DNA of 64,000 bases from an uncultured Eubacteriales bacterium (GCA_963536495.1 CAUTAF010000007.1:5803-69802); one strand, 5' to 3'. Positions 18,667 through 30,762 are shown, numbered from the stretch's first letter. Notes: a model not told the origin generated them from the sequence alone. A program made the numbers and translations.

Positions 18667-19443
18667 ATGTATAGATTGTTAGAACTAATTATTAAAAATA
18701 GTAGACAAAATAAATTATTAAATATTAATGATATTGAAATTATAGTGAAAAATTTATTAGAAATATATGATGTAGATGAATATTTAAAAAATATTAGGTA
18801 TACTAATTCAAAAACTTTGTATGTTGGTGCATATGATTCTATAAAAAAAGAATTGATTTTTAATTATAAAAAAATATTAAGTGTTATTTTGAATATTAAA
18901 AAAGAATCTTTTTTTAAAGTTTATGACAATTATATATTATATTTTAATATCGTTATTTTACAAATAATTATGCATGAATTCGAACATATTTATCAACAAA
19001 AAGTTATTTATAATATAGATAATGAATATTCTGAATTTTTAAAAAAATTTTTATATATTCAAGATACAATTAGTAAGAAATATTATGAAATATGTCCTGA
19101 AGAAAGGACGGCAGAAATCCTTTCTTATGAAAAAATTAATAATTCTATGGAATATATGTCTGATTTTAATATAGAAATTAAAGATATTATAAATACTGAT
19201 TATATTCAAAGAAAAATTAGAGGTTATAAATATTATAATGATAAATTTATTATTCCTACATATGAATATTTAAAATATTGTGATATGACAATTGATTTTG
19301 ATTTTTTTAATAAAATAAAAGAGTTAAATGAAAGATTATTATATGGTTTAGAAGTTAGTAATGAAGAAATTTTGCCTATTAAAAAAAAGATATATTTAAA
19401 GGTGAAAAAATATTTTCAAAATAGAATTATAATAGAAAAATAA
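18667..19443 (+). CDS. HExxH-motif protein, putative zinc metallopeptidase-like (possible toxin/effector or regulator)
   Basis: 'IIMHEFEHIYQQ' is a single HExxH signature in a 258-aa soluble protein. Its start abuts the stop of the 114-aa gene in the +1 frame. The 3' end is duplicated at 59659-59759. Confidence 0.45.
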   Translation: MYRLLELIIKNSRQNKLLNINDIEIIVKNLLEIYDVDEYLKNIRYTNSKTLYVGAYDSIKKELIFNYKKILSVILNIKKESFFKVYDNYILYFNIVILQIIMHEFEHIYQQKVIYNIDNEYSEFLKKFLYIQDTISKKYYEICPEERTAEILSYEKINNSMEYMSDFNIEIKDIINTDYIQRKIRGYKYYNDKFIIPTYEYLKYCDMTIDFDFFNKIKELNERLLYGLEVSNEEILPIKKKIYLKVKKYFQNRIIIEK

Positions 19444-19448
19444 TAGAG

Positions 19449-19757
19449 GTGATGAATATGAAATTAAATATAGAAGATTTAAAATATTTAAGTGGTTCAA
19501 AATTAGATGATGGATATAGACTTGTATATAAAAAAAATAATGATTTTGATATTGGTAGTTATTGTAAAACAATAGAAGGATTTATATGCGAAATAAATGA
19601 TTATAATCCATATAGTTTATATGATGAAAAGGAATTTGTTTCTATTGAAAATTTATTAGAGGAGATAGCTAAAAAGTATAATGAAAATGAAGTATATATT
19701 TATAAAACAGATGGTACTTTGATATCTTCATATAAGAAAAAAGATAAAAAAATATAA
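19449..19757 (+). CDS. Small 102-aa protein, candidate cognate immunity/partner protein
   Basis: RBS 'AGAGGTG'. It has a paralog of about 83% identity at 59766-60083. Confidence 0.5.
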   Translation: MMNMKLNIEDLKYLSGSKLDDGYRLVYKKNNDFDIGSYCKTIEGFICEINDYNPYSLYDEKEFVSIENLLEEIAKKYNENEVYIYKTDGTLISSYKKKDKKI

Positions 19758-19839
19758 TCCAAATTGAATTCTAAAAGAAAAGTAGATTTTTTGTAATATA
19801 ATTAAGTTTTCTAAAATATGAAAAAATTAATACTTTTTT

Positions 19840-20507
19840 GTCAATATCTTAGAAAAATGTCTCAAATAATTTAAAACATTAGCGTTAAGCGTATACATGA
19901 TTTGTATGCGCTTTTTGTTGCTGCCTTTTAAACACCTCAACTCTCCACGGATGATTCATTGGAGAGATATATTTCTTTATCTGTTTTGTTTATGTTTTCT
20001 TTCTTTTTAAGTAATTTTATTTTCTTTAAGTGTCTTCTTGTTCTGCGCCTTAATTTTGGTGAATAGATACTATTCTTAGTTAAAGTAGAGTATATAAAGT
20101 TATAGGACACTTTGATGTTTTCTCTTTCTTCTAATAAATCTTTAAAGTGATTAAAATTACAATCATAGTATTTATTCTGATAAAGTAGTATAATGTTTTT
20201 GGAGAGAGTTAGATCTAGTGTGTTTGTAGGTTTATGTCCTCGGTTGCCGTGGACAAATCCGGATTTACCTTTCTCCTTATATTTAATAATAAGACGATCT
20301 ATTTGTCTTCTTGATAAATTTAGTTTGATAGCAGCATTATTTTTATTGCCACCATTATCAACTAAATTTTTTATTATAGAATATTTATGATATTCATTCA
20401 TTCTTAATTTTACCTTTCTCATATTGTCACCTCAGTGACATATTATATATTTTAATTGAGACATAATCCAAAGATAATCATTAAGACATTATCACAAGAT
20501 AATCATA
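19840..20507 (-). mobile_element. IS-like element remnant (~670 bp) with imperfect terminal inverted repeats around 'ATGTCTCAA(A/T)TAA' and a truncated transposase
   Basis: Its ends match the miniature copy at 17898-18138. An internal palindrome TGTCAC-ctca-GTGACA lies upstream of the transposase start. Confidence 0.6.
19937..20422 (-). pseudogene. Truncated transposase: N-terminal helix-turn-helix fragment (IS481/ISNCY-like 'SRRQIDRLIIKYKEKGKSGFVHGNRGHKP'), catalytic domain missing
   Basis: The 161-aa ORF carries an HTH plus the 'G...NRG.KP' motif typical of the N-termini of IS481/ISNCY-type transposases. It is too short to contain a DDE domain. Confidence 0.5.
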
Positions 20508-20533
20508 CTTGAATTAACAATAAAAAGACTTTA
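20508..20533. repeat. 26-bp direct repeat copy 2
   Basis: Identical to 17871-17896. Confidence 0.85.
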
Positions 20534-20582
20534 CTTGTAAAGTTATAAAAATTAATATAGAATATTTAAATGAGGTGAAAAG

Positions 20583-21848
20583 ATGGCAAAAAAGAACGAA
20601 AATATAAATAAAGTAAATGTTGTAGTAAAAGATGAAAAATGGCAAAAAGCTATTGATAAAGCAGTAGAAAAAAATATAAAGAAAGTAGAAATAAAAGGAT
20701 TTAGAAAAGGTAAAGCTCCTAAAGATGTATTTTTAAAGAAGTTTGGAGTTGAATCTTTATATAATGATGCAATAGATGCTGTTGTTGATGAGGCATATAA
20801 AGAAGCATTTGAAAAAGTAGATAGTGAAAAACTAGCTGCAAGACCAACAGTTGATGTTAAAAAAGTTGATGAAAACCATGTTGAATTTGAATTTAGTTTT
20901 TTATATAAACCAGAAGTAAAAATAAAAAAATATAAAGGTTTTAAAATTAAAAAAGAAAAAGTTGAAGTAACTAAAGAAGAAATAGATCACGAAATATCAC
21001 ATATTTTAGATAAATATACTGAATTAGTGGTAAAAGAAGGTAAAGTTAAAAAACATGACTTTGTACTTTTAGATTTTAAAGGTATGAAAGATAAAGTAGC
21101 ATTCCCTGGTGGAACAGCAGAAAACTATTCTTTAGAAGTTGGTAGCAATTCATTTATTCCTGGATTTGAAGATGAGTTAATAGGAATGAAAAAAGGAGAA
21201 GAAAAAACTTTCTCAATTAAATTCCCAGAAGATTATCATGAAGAAAGTCTAAAAGGACAAGAAGTAGAATTCTATGTAAAAATAAATGAAATCAAAGAAA
21301 AAGAAGTTAGAAAATTAGATGAAGAATTATTTAAAGATTTAAACATCGAAGGTGTTAAAGACGAAAAGACTTTAAGAGAATATATTGAAAAAGAAGTAAA
21401 AGAACAAAAAGAAAAACAAATAGATAATAAATACATAGATGAAATATTAAGTAATATTAGAGAAAATACTGAAGTAGAAGTACCAGAACAAATGATAGAA
21501 GAAGAAAAGATGAGAATGTTTGATTCTTTTGAAAGAGCAATTAATGCTCAAGGAATGGATATCAATATGTATATGCAACTTACTGGGTTAACACTTGAAC
21601 AAATGAATGAACATTTAACTCCAGAAGCTAAGAAAAATGTATTGAATCGTTTAATTACTGAAGAATTAGAAAAAGAATTAAAGATTACTGTTACTAAAGA
21701 AGAAATAGATCAAAGAATTGAAGAATTAGCTAATAAAAATCATATGACTAAAGAAGATTTAATCTATAACTTTGGTGGTGAAAAAGCTTTAGAATACGAA
21801 ACTAAAATACATAAATTATTTGAAACTTTAAAAGATTTAAATAAGTAA
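20583..21848 (+). CDS. tig: Trigger factor (ribosome-associated PPIase chaperone)
   Basis: N-terminal 'EIKGFRKGKAPKDVF' ribosome-binding signature, a central FKBP-like domain and an acidic C-terminus. Length is 421 aa. Confidence 0.8.
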   Translation: MAKKNENINKVNVVVKDEKWQKAIDKAVEKNIKKVEIKGFRKGKAPKDVFLKKFGVESLYNDAIDAVVDEAYKEAFEKVDSEKLAARPTVDVKKVDENHVEFEFSFLYKPEVKIKKYKGFKIKKEKVEVTKEEIDHEISHILDKYTELVVKEGKVKKHDFVLLDFKGMKDKVAFPGGTAENYSLEVGSNSFIPGFEDELIGMKKGEEKTFSIKFPEDYHEESLKGQEVEFYVKINEIKEKEVRKLDEELFKDLNIEGVKDEKTLREYIEKEVKEQKEKQIDNKYIDEILSNIRENTEVEVPEQMIEEEKMRMFDSFERAINAQGMDINMYMQLTGLTLEQMNEHLTPEAKKNVLNRLITEELEKELKITVTKEEIDQRIEELANKNHMTKEDLIYNFGGEKALEYETKIHKLFETLKDLNK

Positions 21849-21851
21849 TAT

Positions 21852-21888
21852 AAGACCTCATTTTATATGAGGTTTTAATTTTTTAAAA
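21852..21888 (+). terminator. Rho-independent terminator after tig
   Basis: AAGACCTCA-ttttata-TGAGGTTTT followed by a T-tract. Confidence 0.6.
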
Positions 21889-21891
21889 AAA

Positions 21892-21918
21892 TTAGCAAAA
21901 TGTGTTGACAAGTGCTAA
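21892..21918 (+). promoter_or_regulatory. CIRCE operator (HrcA binding site), imperfect, overlapping a TTGACA -35 box
   Basis: TTAGCAAAA-N9-AAGTGCTAA versus the consensus TTAGCACTC-N9-GAGTGCTAA. TTGACA at 21905-21910 and TATAAT-like sequence at 21926-21933. Confidence 0.55.
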
Positions 21919-21937
21919 AAGAAGTTATAATATATTA

Positions 21938-21964
21938 TTAGCAATCAAGAATATAGATTGCTAA
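21938..21964 (+). promoter_or_regulatory. Second CIRCE-like perfect inverted repeat immediately upstream of the hrcA RBS
   Basis: TTAGCAATC-N9-GATTGCTAA is a perfect 9-bp IR with 9-nt spacing. The inner triplet is AAT/ATT instead of CTC/GAG. Confidence 0.45.
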
Positions 21965-21974
21965 AGGAGACGAT

Positions 21975-22971
21975 ATGTTAAGTGAAAGAGAAAAAAATGT
22001 ACTTAAAATCATCGTTTTAGAATATGTAAAAACAGCAAAGCCTGTATCATCTAGTATGATATGTGACTTTCTAAAAGTTTCATCTGCAACAGTCAGAAAT
22101 GATATGGCTTATTTAGAAGAGATGGGATATTTAGAAAAGGAACATACATCATCTGGAAGAATTCCAAGTGATAAAGGATATAATTTCTATGTAGATCACT
22201 TACTTGATTTAAAGAAGATATCAGGAGAAGATATGTTAAAACTTCAACTTATATTTCAAAATAAATCATTAGAACTTAGTGATACTATTACTAAAAGTTT
22301 AGAAATTGTATCGCAGATGACAGATTATGCTACTATTAAACTTGGAGAAAAGAGTTTAGATAATAGATTACAAGAAATAAAAGCTATTAATCTAGGGGAT
22401 TCTCATATAGTTGCAATAGTAGTAACTGATAAAGGTTATGTTGAACATAAAAACATATATCTTCCAAATGTCACAACAGAAGATATAGAAAAAACTATTA
22501 AATTAATTAATGATTTGATAGTAGGAACACCACTTGTAGATATTAGAGAAAAGTTAGAGTTTAATGTAAAACCTGTAATAGGAAAATATATTAAACAACA
22601 CGAAGTAATATATGATGCTTTCTTTGATGTATTTAATAAAATGATGGTTAAAGATATAGAAGTTTTAGGAGAAAAAAATATCTTAAAAATACCAGAATTT
22701 AAAGAAAAAAGTGATAAGACATATAAGATACTTGAAAGTTTAGAAGAAAAAAATATTGCTAATATTATTGATTCTGATGGTTCTAATATAACAGTTTGTA
22801 TCGGAAAAGATACGAACATAGATAATGATGTGACAGTAATTAAAACTTCTTATAATATAAAAGGAGAAAAAGGAACTCTTGCAATAGTAGGTCCAAAGAG
22901 AATGGAATATGCAAGAGTTATGAATATGCTCAACTACATAAAAGAGCAAATAGAAAGATTAGGAGAAGATA

Positions 22972-22979
<8 letters not shown>
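21975..22979 (+). CDS. hrcA: Heat-inducible transcription repressor HrcA
   Basis: 334 aa with an N-terminal winged-helix region. It is the first gene of the hrcA-grpE-dnaK-dnaJ operon and has CIRCE upstream. Confidence 0.85.
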
Positions 22980-25352
<2,373 letters not shown>

Positions 25353-25354
25353 GA

Positions 25355-25388
25355 AAGTTAAGCTAGAAAAGCTTAACTTTTTTTATTC
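25355..25388 (+). terminator. Terminator/attenuator between dnaK and dnaJ
   Basis: AAAGTTAAGC-tagaaaa-GCTTAACTTT followed by T6. Confidence 0.55.
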
Positions 25389-25402
25389 AGAAAGGAAAAG
25401 AA

Positions 25403-26566
25403 ATGTCAAAAAGAGATTACTATGATGTTTTAGGTGTTAGTAAAACTGCAACTAAAGCAGAGATTAAAAGTGCTTTTAGAAAATTAGCTAAGAAATATCA
25501 TCCTGATATATCAAAAGAAAGTGGTAGTGAGGAAAAATTTAAAGAAGCTGAAGAAGCATATGCTGTTTTAAGTGATGATGATAAAAGAAAACAATATGAC
25601 CAATTTGGATTTAATGGACCAAATAACTTTGGTGGACCAAATAACTTTGGTGGTGCAAATGGTTTTGGTGGAGCAAATGGCTTTTCAGGATTTTCAGGAG
25701 CTGAAGGTTTTGATTTTTCTGGCTTTGATTTTTCCGATATTTTCTCTGATCTTTTTGGTGGAGGAAGAAGTCGTTCTTCAAGAAGAGCTCAAAAGGGAGA
25801 TGATAAACTACTTTACGTTACAATATCTTTTAAAGAAGCTGTATTTGGTTGTGATAAAGATTTAGAATTAGATGTTTACGAAGAATGTAGCGAGTGTCAT
25901 GGAGAAGGTGGATTTGACAAGAAAACTTGTAGTCACTGTCACGGATCTGGAACTGTTACACAGGAACAAAGAAGTTTATTTGGTTCTTTTATGTCTCAAA
26001 CTGTATGTCCACATTGTGAAGGTAAGGGTTATACATTTAATAAAACTTGTGATAAATGTCACGGATCTGGAGTAGAAAAGAAGAAAAAAACTATTTCTGT
26101 TACAATACCAGCAGGAATTGATGAAGGTATGAGACTTAGACTTAGTGGAAAAGGTGATGCTGGAATTAATGGTGGAGAAAACGGAGATTTATATTTAGAA
26201 TTTAAGATTATTAAAGATAAGTATTTAGAAAGAGAAGAAAATGATATCTTCTTAAACTTACCTATTACATTTACTGAAGCTTTATTTGGATGTAAAAAAG
26301 AAATACCTACAATTTATGGTAATTTAACAATAAAAATACCAAGTGGATCAAAAAATGATGATAAATTAAGATTAAAAGGAAAGGGTATAAAAAATAAAGT
26401 GTCTTCACGTGAGGGAGATATGTATGTTATACTTAAAATATGTATGCCAGAAGGGCTTACTAAAGAACAAGAAAAATTATTAAAAGAACTATCTAAGAGT
26501 GAATTAAAATCTAAGGAAATAGATAATTTCAATAAATATGTAGATAATAATACTTTTGATAATTAA
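25403..26566 (+). CDS. dnaJ: Molecular chaperone DnaJ (Hsp40)
   Basis: J-domain 'YYDVLGV...HPD', a G/F-rich region and four CxxCxGxG zinc-finger repeats. Confidence 0.95.
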   Translation: MSKRDYYDVLGVSKTATKAEIKSAFRKLAKKYHPDISKESGSEEKFKEAEEAYAVLSDDDKRKQYDQFGFNGPNNFGGPNNFGGANGFGGANGFSGFSGAEGFDFSGFDFSDIFSDLFGGGRSRSSRRAQKGDDKLLYVTISFKEAVFGCDKDLELDVYEECSECHGEGGFDKKTCSHCHGSGTVTQEQRSLFGSFMSQTVCPHCEGKGYTFNKTCDKCHGSGVEKKKKTISVTIPAGIDEGMRLRLSGKGDAGINGGENGDLYLEFKIIKDKYLEREENDIFLNLPITFTEALFGCKKEIPTIYGNLTIKIPSGSKNDDKLRLKGKGIKNKVSSREGDMYVILKICMPEGLTKEQEKLLKELSKSELKSKEIDNFNKYVDNNTFDN

Positions 26567-27047
26567 TGAGGAGAATATGTTTTATAAATATCTTATAACT
26601 TTATTAATATCTATGGTTCCTTTTATTGAATTAAGAGGATCTATTCCAGTAGGTATAGCTATATATAAATTAAATATCTTTTTGGTTTATTTAATATCTA
26701 TATTAGGGAATATTATAATAATACCTATTATATTACTTGGAATAAAAAAAATATTAAAATTATTAGAAAATATTAAACTAACTAAAAAACTAGTTACTTT
26801 AATAGAAGAAAAAGGTAAAAAAGCAGGAGATAAAATTTTAAAAAGTGGTAAGAACAAAGTATATTATGGATTGTTTTTGTTTGTTGCAATACCACTTCCT
26901 GGAACTGGAGCATGGACTGGATCTTTAGCAGCATCGTTTTTAGATTTAGATTTTAAAAAGTCATTTTTATCTATTGCTCTTGGAGTAATAACAGCAGGTA
27001 TTATAATATTTATACTAAGTGTTGTAGGAGTAAATATATTAAAATAA
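26556..27047 (+). CDS. Small polytopic membrane protein (COG2426-like 'small multidrug export' family)
   Basis: 163 aa with 4 TM helices. The true start is probably MFYKYL at 26577. Confidence 0.35.
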   Translation: MIINEENMFYKYLITLLISMVPFIELRGSIPVGIAIYKLNIFLVYLISILGNIIIIPIILLGIKKILKLLENIKLTKKLVTLIEEKGKKAGDKILKSGKNKVYYGLFLFVAIPLPGTGAWTGSLAASFLDLDFKKSFLSIALGVITAGIIIFILSVVGVNILK

Positions 27048-27049
27048 AG

Positions 27050-27079
27050 AACTTTATATTATTTATAAAGTTTTTTTTA
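27050..27079 (+). terminator. Rho-independent terminator
   Basis: AACTTTATA-ttatt-TATAAAGTT followed by T8. Confidence 0.55.
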
Positions 27080-27120
27080 TTTAGATATAGTGATATACTA
27101 CTATATAGGAGAAAAAAGCA

Positions 27121-28491
27121 ATGAACATAGAATATTTATACTTAAAACAAGAAGAATTGATGGATAAAGAAGTAGAAGTATCAGGATGGGTAAAATCTAA
27201 TAGAAATCAAAAACACTTTGGTTTTATAGAACTTCGTGATGGTACATGTTTTAAAACTTGTCAATTAGTATATGAAGAAGATTTAAAAGATTTTGATTTT
27301 ATTTCTAATATAAAACTAGGATCTGCTATTATAGCTAAAGGTAAAATGGTAAAAAGTCCTAAAGAACAACAAGCTTTTGAAATAAAATTAACTTCAGTTT
27401 CTTTAGAAGGGGACTGTCCTAGTGATTATCCATTACAACCTAAAAATCATAGTAGAGAATTTTTAAGAGAAATAGCATATTTAAGACCAAGAGCAAATTT
27501 ATTTCAAGCAGTATTTAGAATTAGAAGTACAGCTAGTTTTGCTATTCATAAATTTTTTCAAGAAAAAGGATTTATCTATGTTAATACACCTTTAATTACT
27601 GCAAATGATGGAGAAGGTGCAGGAGAAATGTTTAGAGTTACAACTTTAGATATAGAAAATCCAAAAACTAAGATAGATTATTCTAAAGATTTCTTTGGTA
27701 AAAAAGTAGGTCTTACAGTAACTGGTCAATTAGAAGGTGAAACTTTTGCAATGGCATTTAAGAATATTTATACTTTTGGACCAACATTTAGAGCAGAAAA
27801 TTCTAATACTAAACTTCATGCAGCAGAGTTTTGGATGGTAGAACCAGAAATGGCATTTTGTGATTTAAATGGACTTATGAATATGGAAGAAGAAATGCTT
27901 AAATATGTAATTAAATATGTTTTAGATAACTGTAAAGATGAAATGGAATTTTGTAATAACTTCGTTGAAAAAGGTTTAATTGATAAACTTACAAGTGTTC
28001 TTAATTCAACTGCAAAAAGAATTACATATGAAGAAGCTATGAATAAACTTATAGAAGTAAAAGATATCTTTAGTGAAACTCCAGAATATGGAATGGATAT
28101 TGGAAGTGAATATGAAAAATATTTAACTAATGAATTATATAAAGCACCAGTATTTATTACTGATTGGCCAAAAGAAATGAAAGCATTCTATATGAAACAA
28201 AACTCTGATAATAAAACAGTTGCAGCAGTTGACTTAGTTGTTCCAGGAGCTGGAGAATTAATGGGTGGAAGTGAAAGAGAAACTGATTATGATAAATTAG
28301 TAACAAGAATGAATGAATTAAATATTAAGACTGAACCACTTGATTGGTATATTAATTTAAGAAAATATGGTGGAGTAACACACTCAGGATTTGGAATGGG
28401 ATTTGAAAGACTTATTATTTATTTAACAGGTGTAGAAAATATAAGAGATGTAATTGCATATCCTAGAACGGCAGGTAATTGTGAATACTAA
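27121..28491 (+). CDS. asnS: Asparagine--tRNA ligase (class IIb aminoacyl-tRNA synthetase)
   Basis: 456 aa with an N-terminal OB anticodon-binding domain, class II motifs ('FRAE', 'GMGFERL') and the C-terminal 'AYPRT' typical of AsnRS. Confidence 0.75.
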   Translation: MNIEYLYLKQEELMDKEVEVSGWVKSNRNQKHFGFIELRDGTCFKTCQLVYEEDLKDFDFISNIKLGSAIIAKGKMVKSPKEQQAFEIKLTSVSLEGDCPSDYPLQPKNHSREFLREIAYLRPRANLFQAVFRIRSTASFAIHKFFQEKGFIYVNTPLITANDGEGAGEMFRVTTLDIENPKTKIDYSKDFFGKKVGLTVTGQLEGETFAMAFKNIYTFGPTFRAENSNTKLHAAEFWMVEPEMAFCDLNGLMNMEEEMLKYVIKYVLDNCKDEMEFCNNFVEKGLIDKLTSVLNSTAKRITYEEAMNKLIEVKDIFSETPEYGMDIGSEYEKYLTNELYKAPVFITDWPKEMKAFYMKQNSDNKTVAAVDLVVPGAGELMGGSERETDYDKLVTRMNELNIKTEPLDWYINLRKYGGVTHSGFGMGFERLIIYLTGVENIRDVIAYPRTAGNCEY

Positions 28492-29272
28492 TTTAAAAAG
28501 ATTACAAAAAAGAATAGCAGAACAAAGTGACTATTCAAGAAGAAAAGCAGAAGAGTTAATACTTGAAGGTAAAGTAAGTGTTAATGGTGAGTTAGTTGTA
28601 GAACTTGGTTATAAAGTAAGTGATAAAGATAAAATTGAAATCGAAGGTGTAGCACTAAATACTAATGAGAAAAAATATTATATTTTAAATAAACCAGAAA
28701 AATGTGTATCTACAGCAAGTGATGATAAAGGAAGGAAAACAGTAATAGATTTTGTTAAATCTAAAGCTAAAGTTTATCCAGTAGGAAGACTAGATTACGA
28801 TACTACAGGAATATTACTTCTTACAAATGATGGAGATTTTGCTAATTTAATGATGCATCCCTCTTCTAATATAGAAAAAGTATATTCTGCTAAAATAGAT
28901 GGGATAATGACATTAAATGATATTAGAGAATTGAAAAAAGGTGTAGTAATAGATGGTTATAAGACTAGAGAATGTAAAGTAAAGGTAAGAAAAGTAAATT
29001 CTAAAACTAATACATCTATAGTAGAAGTAACTATTAGTGAAGGACATAATCATCAAGTTAAGAAGATGTTTAAATCTTTAGGATTCAATGTTTTAAAATT
29101 AGATAGAATTCGTTATGGAATATTAACTATTGAAAATTTAAAAAGAGGAGAGTCTAAAGAACTTAGTAAAAAAGATGTATCTAGACTTTATGTACTAGCA
29201 AATAGTAAAAAAGGAAAGAAAGATGGAAAAGAAGAAAAAAGGTTTAAAACCATACAAAATAAAAACAGATGA
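28481..29272 (+). CDS. rluB: 23S rRNA pseudouridine synthase RluB (S4 domain + RsuA-type catalytic domain)
   Basis: S4-like 'LQKRIAEQSDYSRRKAEELILEGKVSVNG' and the catalytic 'GRLDYDTTGILLLTNDG'. The likely start is GTG at 28481; the ORF track uses TTG at 28454. Confidence 0.7.
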   Translation: MNTNLKRLQKRIAEQSDYSRRKAEELILEGKVSVNGELVVELGYKVSDKDKIEIEGVALNTNEKKYYILNKPEKCVSTASDDKGRKTVIDFVKSKAKVYPVGRLDYDTTGILLLTNDGDFANLMMHPSSNIEKVYSAKIDGIMTLNDIRELKKGVVIDGYKTRECKVKVRKVNSKTNTSIVEVTISEGHNHQVKKMFKSLGFNVLKLDRIRYGILTIENLKRGESKELSKKDVSRLYVLANSKKGKKDGKEEKRFKTIQNKNR

Positions 29273-29852
29273 TAAATTTTATCGTCCTATGAAATTTTTA
29301 TTATCTCCAATAGCTAAAATATTATTTAGACCTAAATTTATTAATAAAGAAGTATTTAATGATAGAGATAATAAAAAAACAATTATTTTATGTAATCATA
29401 GATATAATTTAGATCCTATTATGATTTGTATGCCTGTTAAAAAGACAGTACATTTCTTAGGTAAACTTGAGATAATGAATGCATTTTTAATAAAACATTT
29501 TCTAAGACATGTTGGAATTATACCAGTAGATAGAACTAAGAAAAGTCCTGAAGTATTTCAAGTTGTAAAAGAATATTTAGATAACAATGAATTTATTGCT
29601 TTATTTCCAGAAGGAACTAGAAATAAAAAGTTAAATGAAACTAAACTTTTAGAATTTAAATATGGAGCTGCTAAAATGGCAATTGATAATGATGCGGAAG
29701 TTATAATAGCAGTTCAAAAAGGAAAATTTAATGTAATCAATAATGAAGGTTTAACAATTAAATTTTCAGAACCTATGAAGTTAGATAAAGATGTAGTTAA
29801 AGCAACTAATCAAATAAGAGAAACTATGTTAAAAATGTTAGAGGAATTTTAA
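29223..29852 (+). CDS. plsC: 1-acyl-sn-glycerol-3-phosphate acyltransferase (PlsC family)
   Basis: HX4D motif 'NHRYNLD' and 'FPEGTR'. Confidence 0.65.
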   Translation: MEKKKKGLKPYKIKTDDKFYRPMKFLLSPIAKILFRPKFINKEVFNDRDNKKTIILCNHRYNLDPIMICMPVKKTVHFLGKLEIMNAFLIKHFLRHVGIIPVDRTKKSPEVFQVVKEYLDNNEFIALFPEGTRNKKLNETKLLEFKYGAAKMAIDNDAEVIIAVQKGKFNVINNEGLTIKFSEPMKLDKDVVKATNQIRETMLKMLEEF

Positions 29853-30724
29853 TGAAACATGTATTTATTGTAAATCCAATATCTGGAGCTGGTTCAGCAT
29901 TAAAAGAAGCTAAAAAAATAGATAGATTTGCAAAAACAGAAAACTTAGATTATGAAGTTTATTATACTAAATGTCAAAGAGATGCTTATAACTTTGTGAA
30001 AAATTATAAAGGTAAAAAGATTATATTTCACTCTCTTGGAGGAGACGGAACAGTAAATGAAGTAGCTAGTGGAGTTATGGGTACAGATAACTATTTAAGT
30101 ATTATTCCAAATGGTAGTGGTAATGACTTTTATAGAACTATTAGAAAAACAGCTTTAATAGAATTTAAATGTGATATTTGTAGAATAAATGATAGATATT
30201 TTATAAATGTAGCAAGTGTAGGACTTGATGCAGATGTAGCAAAAAACTCTTATTTGATGAAGGATTTTAAGATACCTAGAAAACAAATATATAATTTAGC
30301 AATTTTTTATACATTATTAAATTATCGTTCTAGAACGTTAGAAATAGAAATAGATGGTAAACTATTAAAACAAAAAACACTTATGGTTGCACTATGTAAT
30401 GGAAGACTTTATGGTGGAGGTATAAGAATAGCTACAGATGCATCAATTGATGATGGTTTAATGGATGTTTTAATAATAGAAAAATCTAATATCTTTGGAG
30501 TTATAAGTGGACTTATAAAACTTATAAGAGGTAAAGTTCATACATATAAAAAATTAAAAAAATATAAAGCTAAAAAAGTAGTAATAAAATATAAAAAACC
30601 AATATATTCTTCATATGATGGAGAAATGATGGAAAGTAATAAGTTTGAATTTGAAGTGTTAGAAAAAAAAGTTAACATTTATAATGATAGAGATTTCATA
30701 AGAAGATTCTTAGAATTTAAATAA
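29852..30724 (+). CDS. dagK: Diacylglycerol/lipid kinase (DAGK_cat; YegS/DagK family)
   Basis: 'GGDGTVNEV' catalytic motif and N-terminal 'FIVNPISGAG'. Confidence 0.7.
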   Translation: MKHVFIVNPISGAGSALKEAKKIDRFAKTENLDYEVYYTKCQRDAYNFVKNYKGKKIIFHSLGGDGTVNEVASGVMGTDNYLSIIPNGSGNDFYRTIRKTALIEFKCDICRINDRYFINVASVGLDADVAKNSYLMKDFKIPRKQIYNLAIFYTLLNYRSRTLEIEIDGKLLKQKTLMVALCNGRLYGGGIRIATDASIDDGLMDVLIIEKSNIFGVISGLIKLIRGKVHTYKKLKKYKAKKVVIKYKKPIYSSYDGEMMESNKFEFEVLEKKVNIYNDRDFIRRFLEFK

Positions 30725-30762
30725 GAGTATACATAATTTTGTATACTCTTTATTTTTTTATT
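30724..30762 (+). terminator. Rho-independent terminator after the lipid kinase gene
   Basis: AGAGTATACA-taatttt-GTATACTCT followed by a T-tract. Confidence 0.6.

Noticed and set aside
17898-20507. The repeated ~240-bp sequences at 17.9 kb and 19.9/20.4 kb as a possible CRISPR array or tandem repeat
   Set aside because: There are only two copies, 2 kb apart, with protein-coding DNA between them. The unit has no CRISPR-like short palindromic repeat and contains a transposase fragment, so they are IS ends and not CRISPR repeats.
27048-27120. A T-box riboswitch leader upstream of asnS
   Set aside because: The intergenic leader is only ~70 nt and is mostly occupied by the upstream gene's terminator. 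It is too short for a T-box (~200-300 nt), and no T-box consensus (AATTAGGGTGGTACCGCG) was seen.
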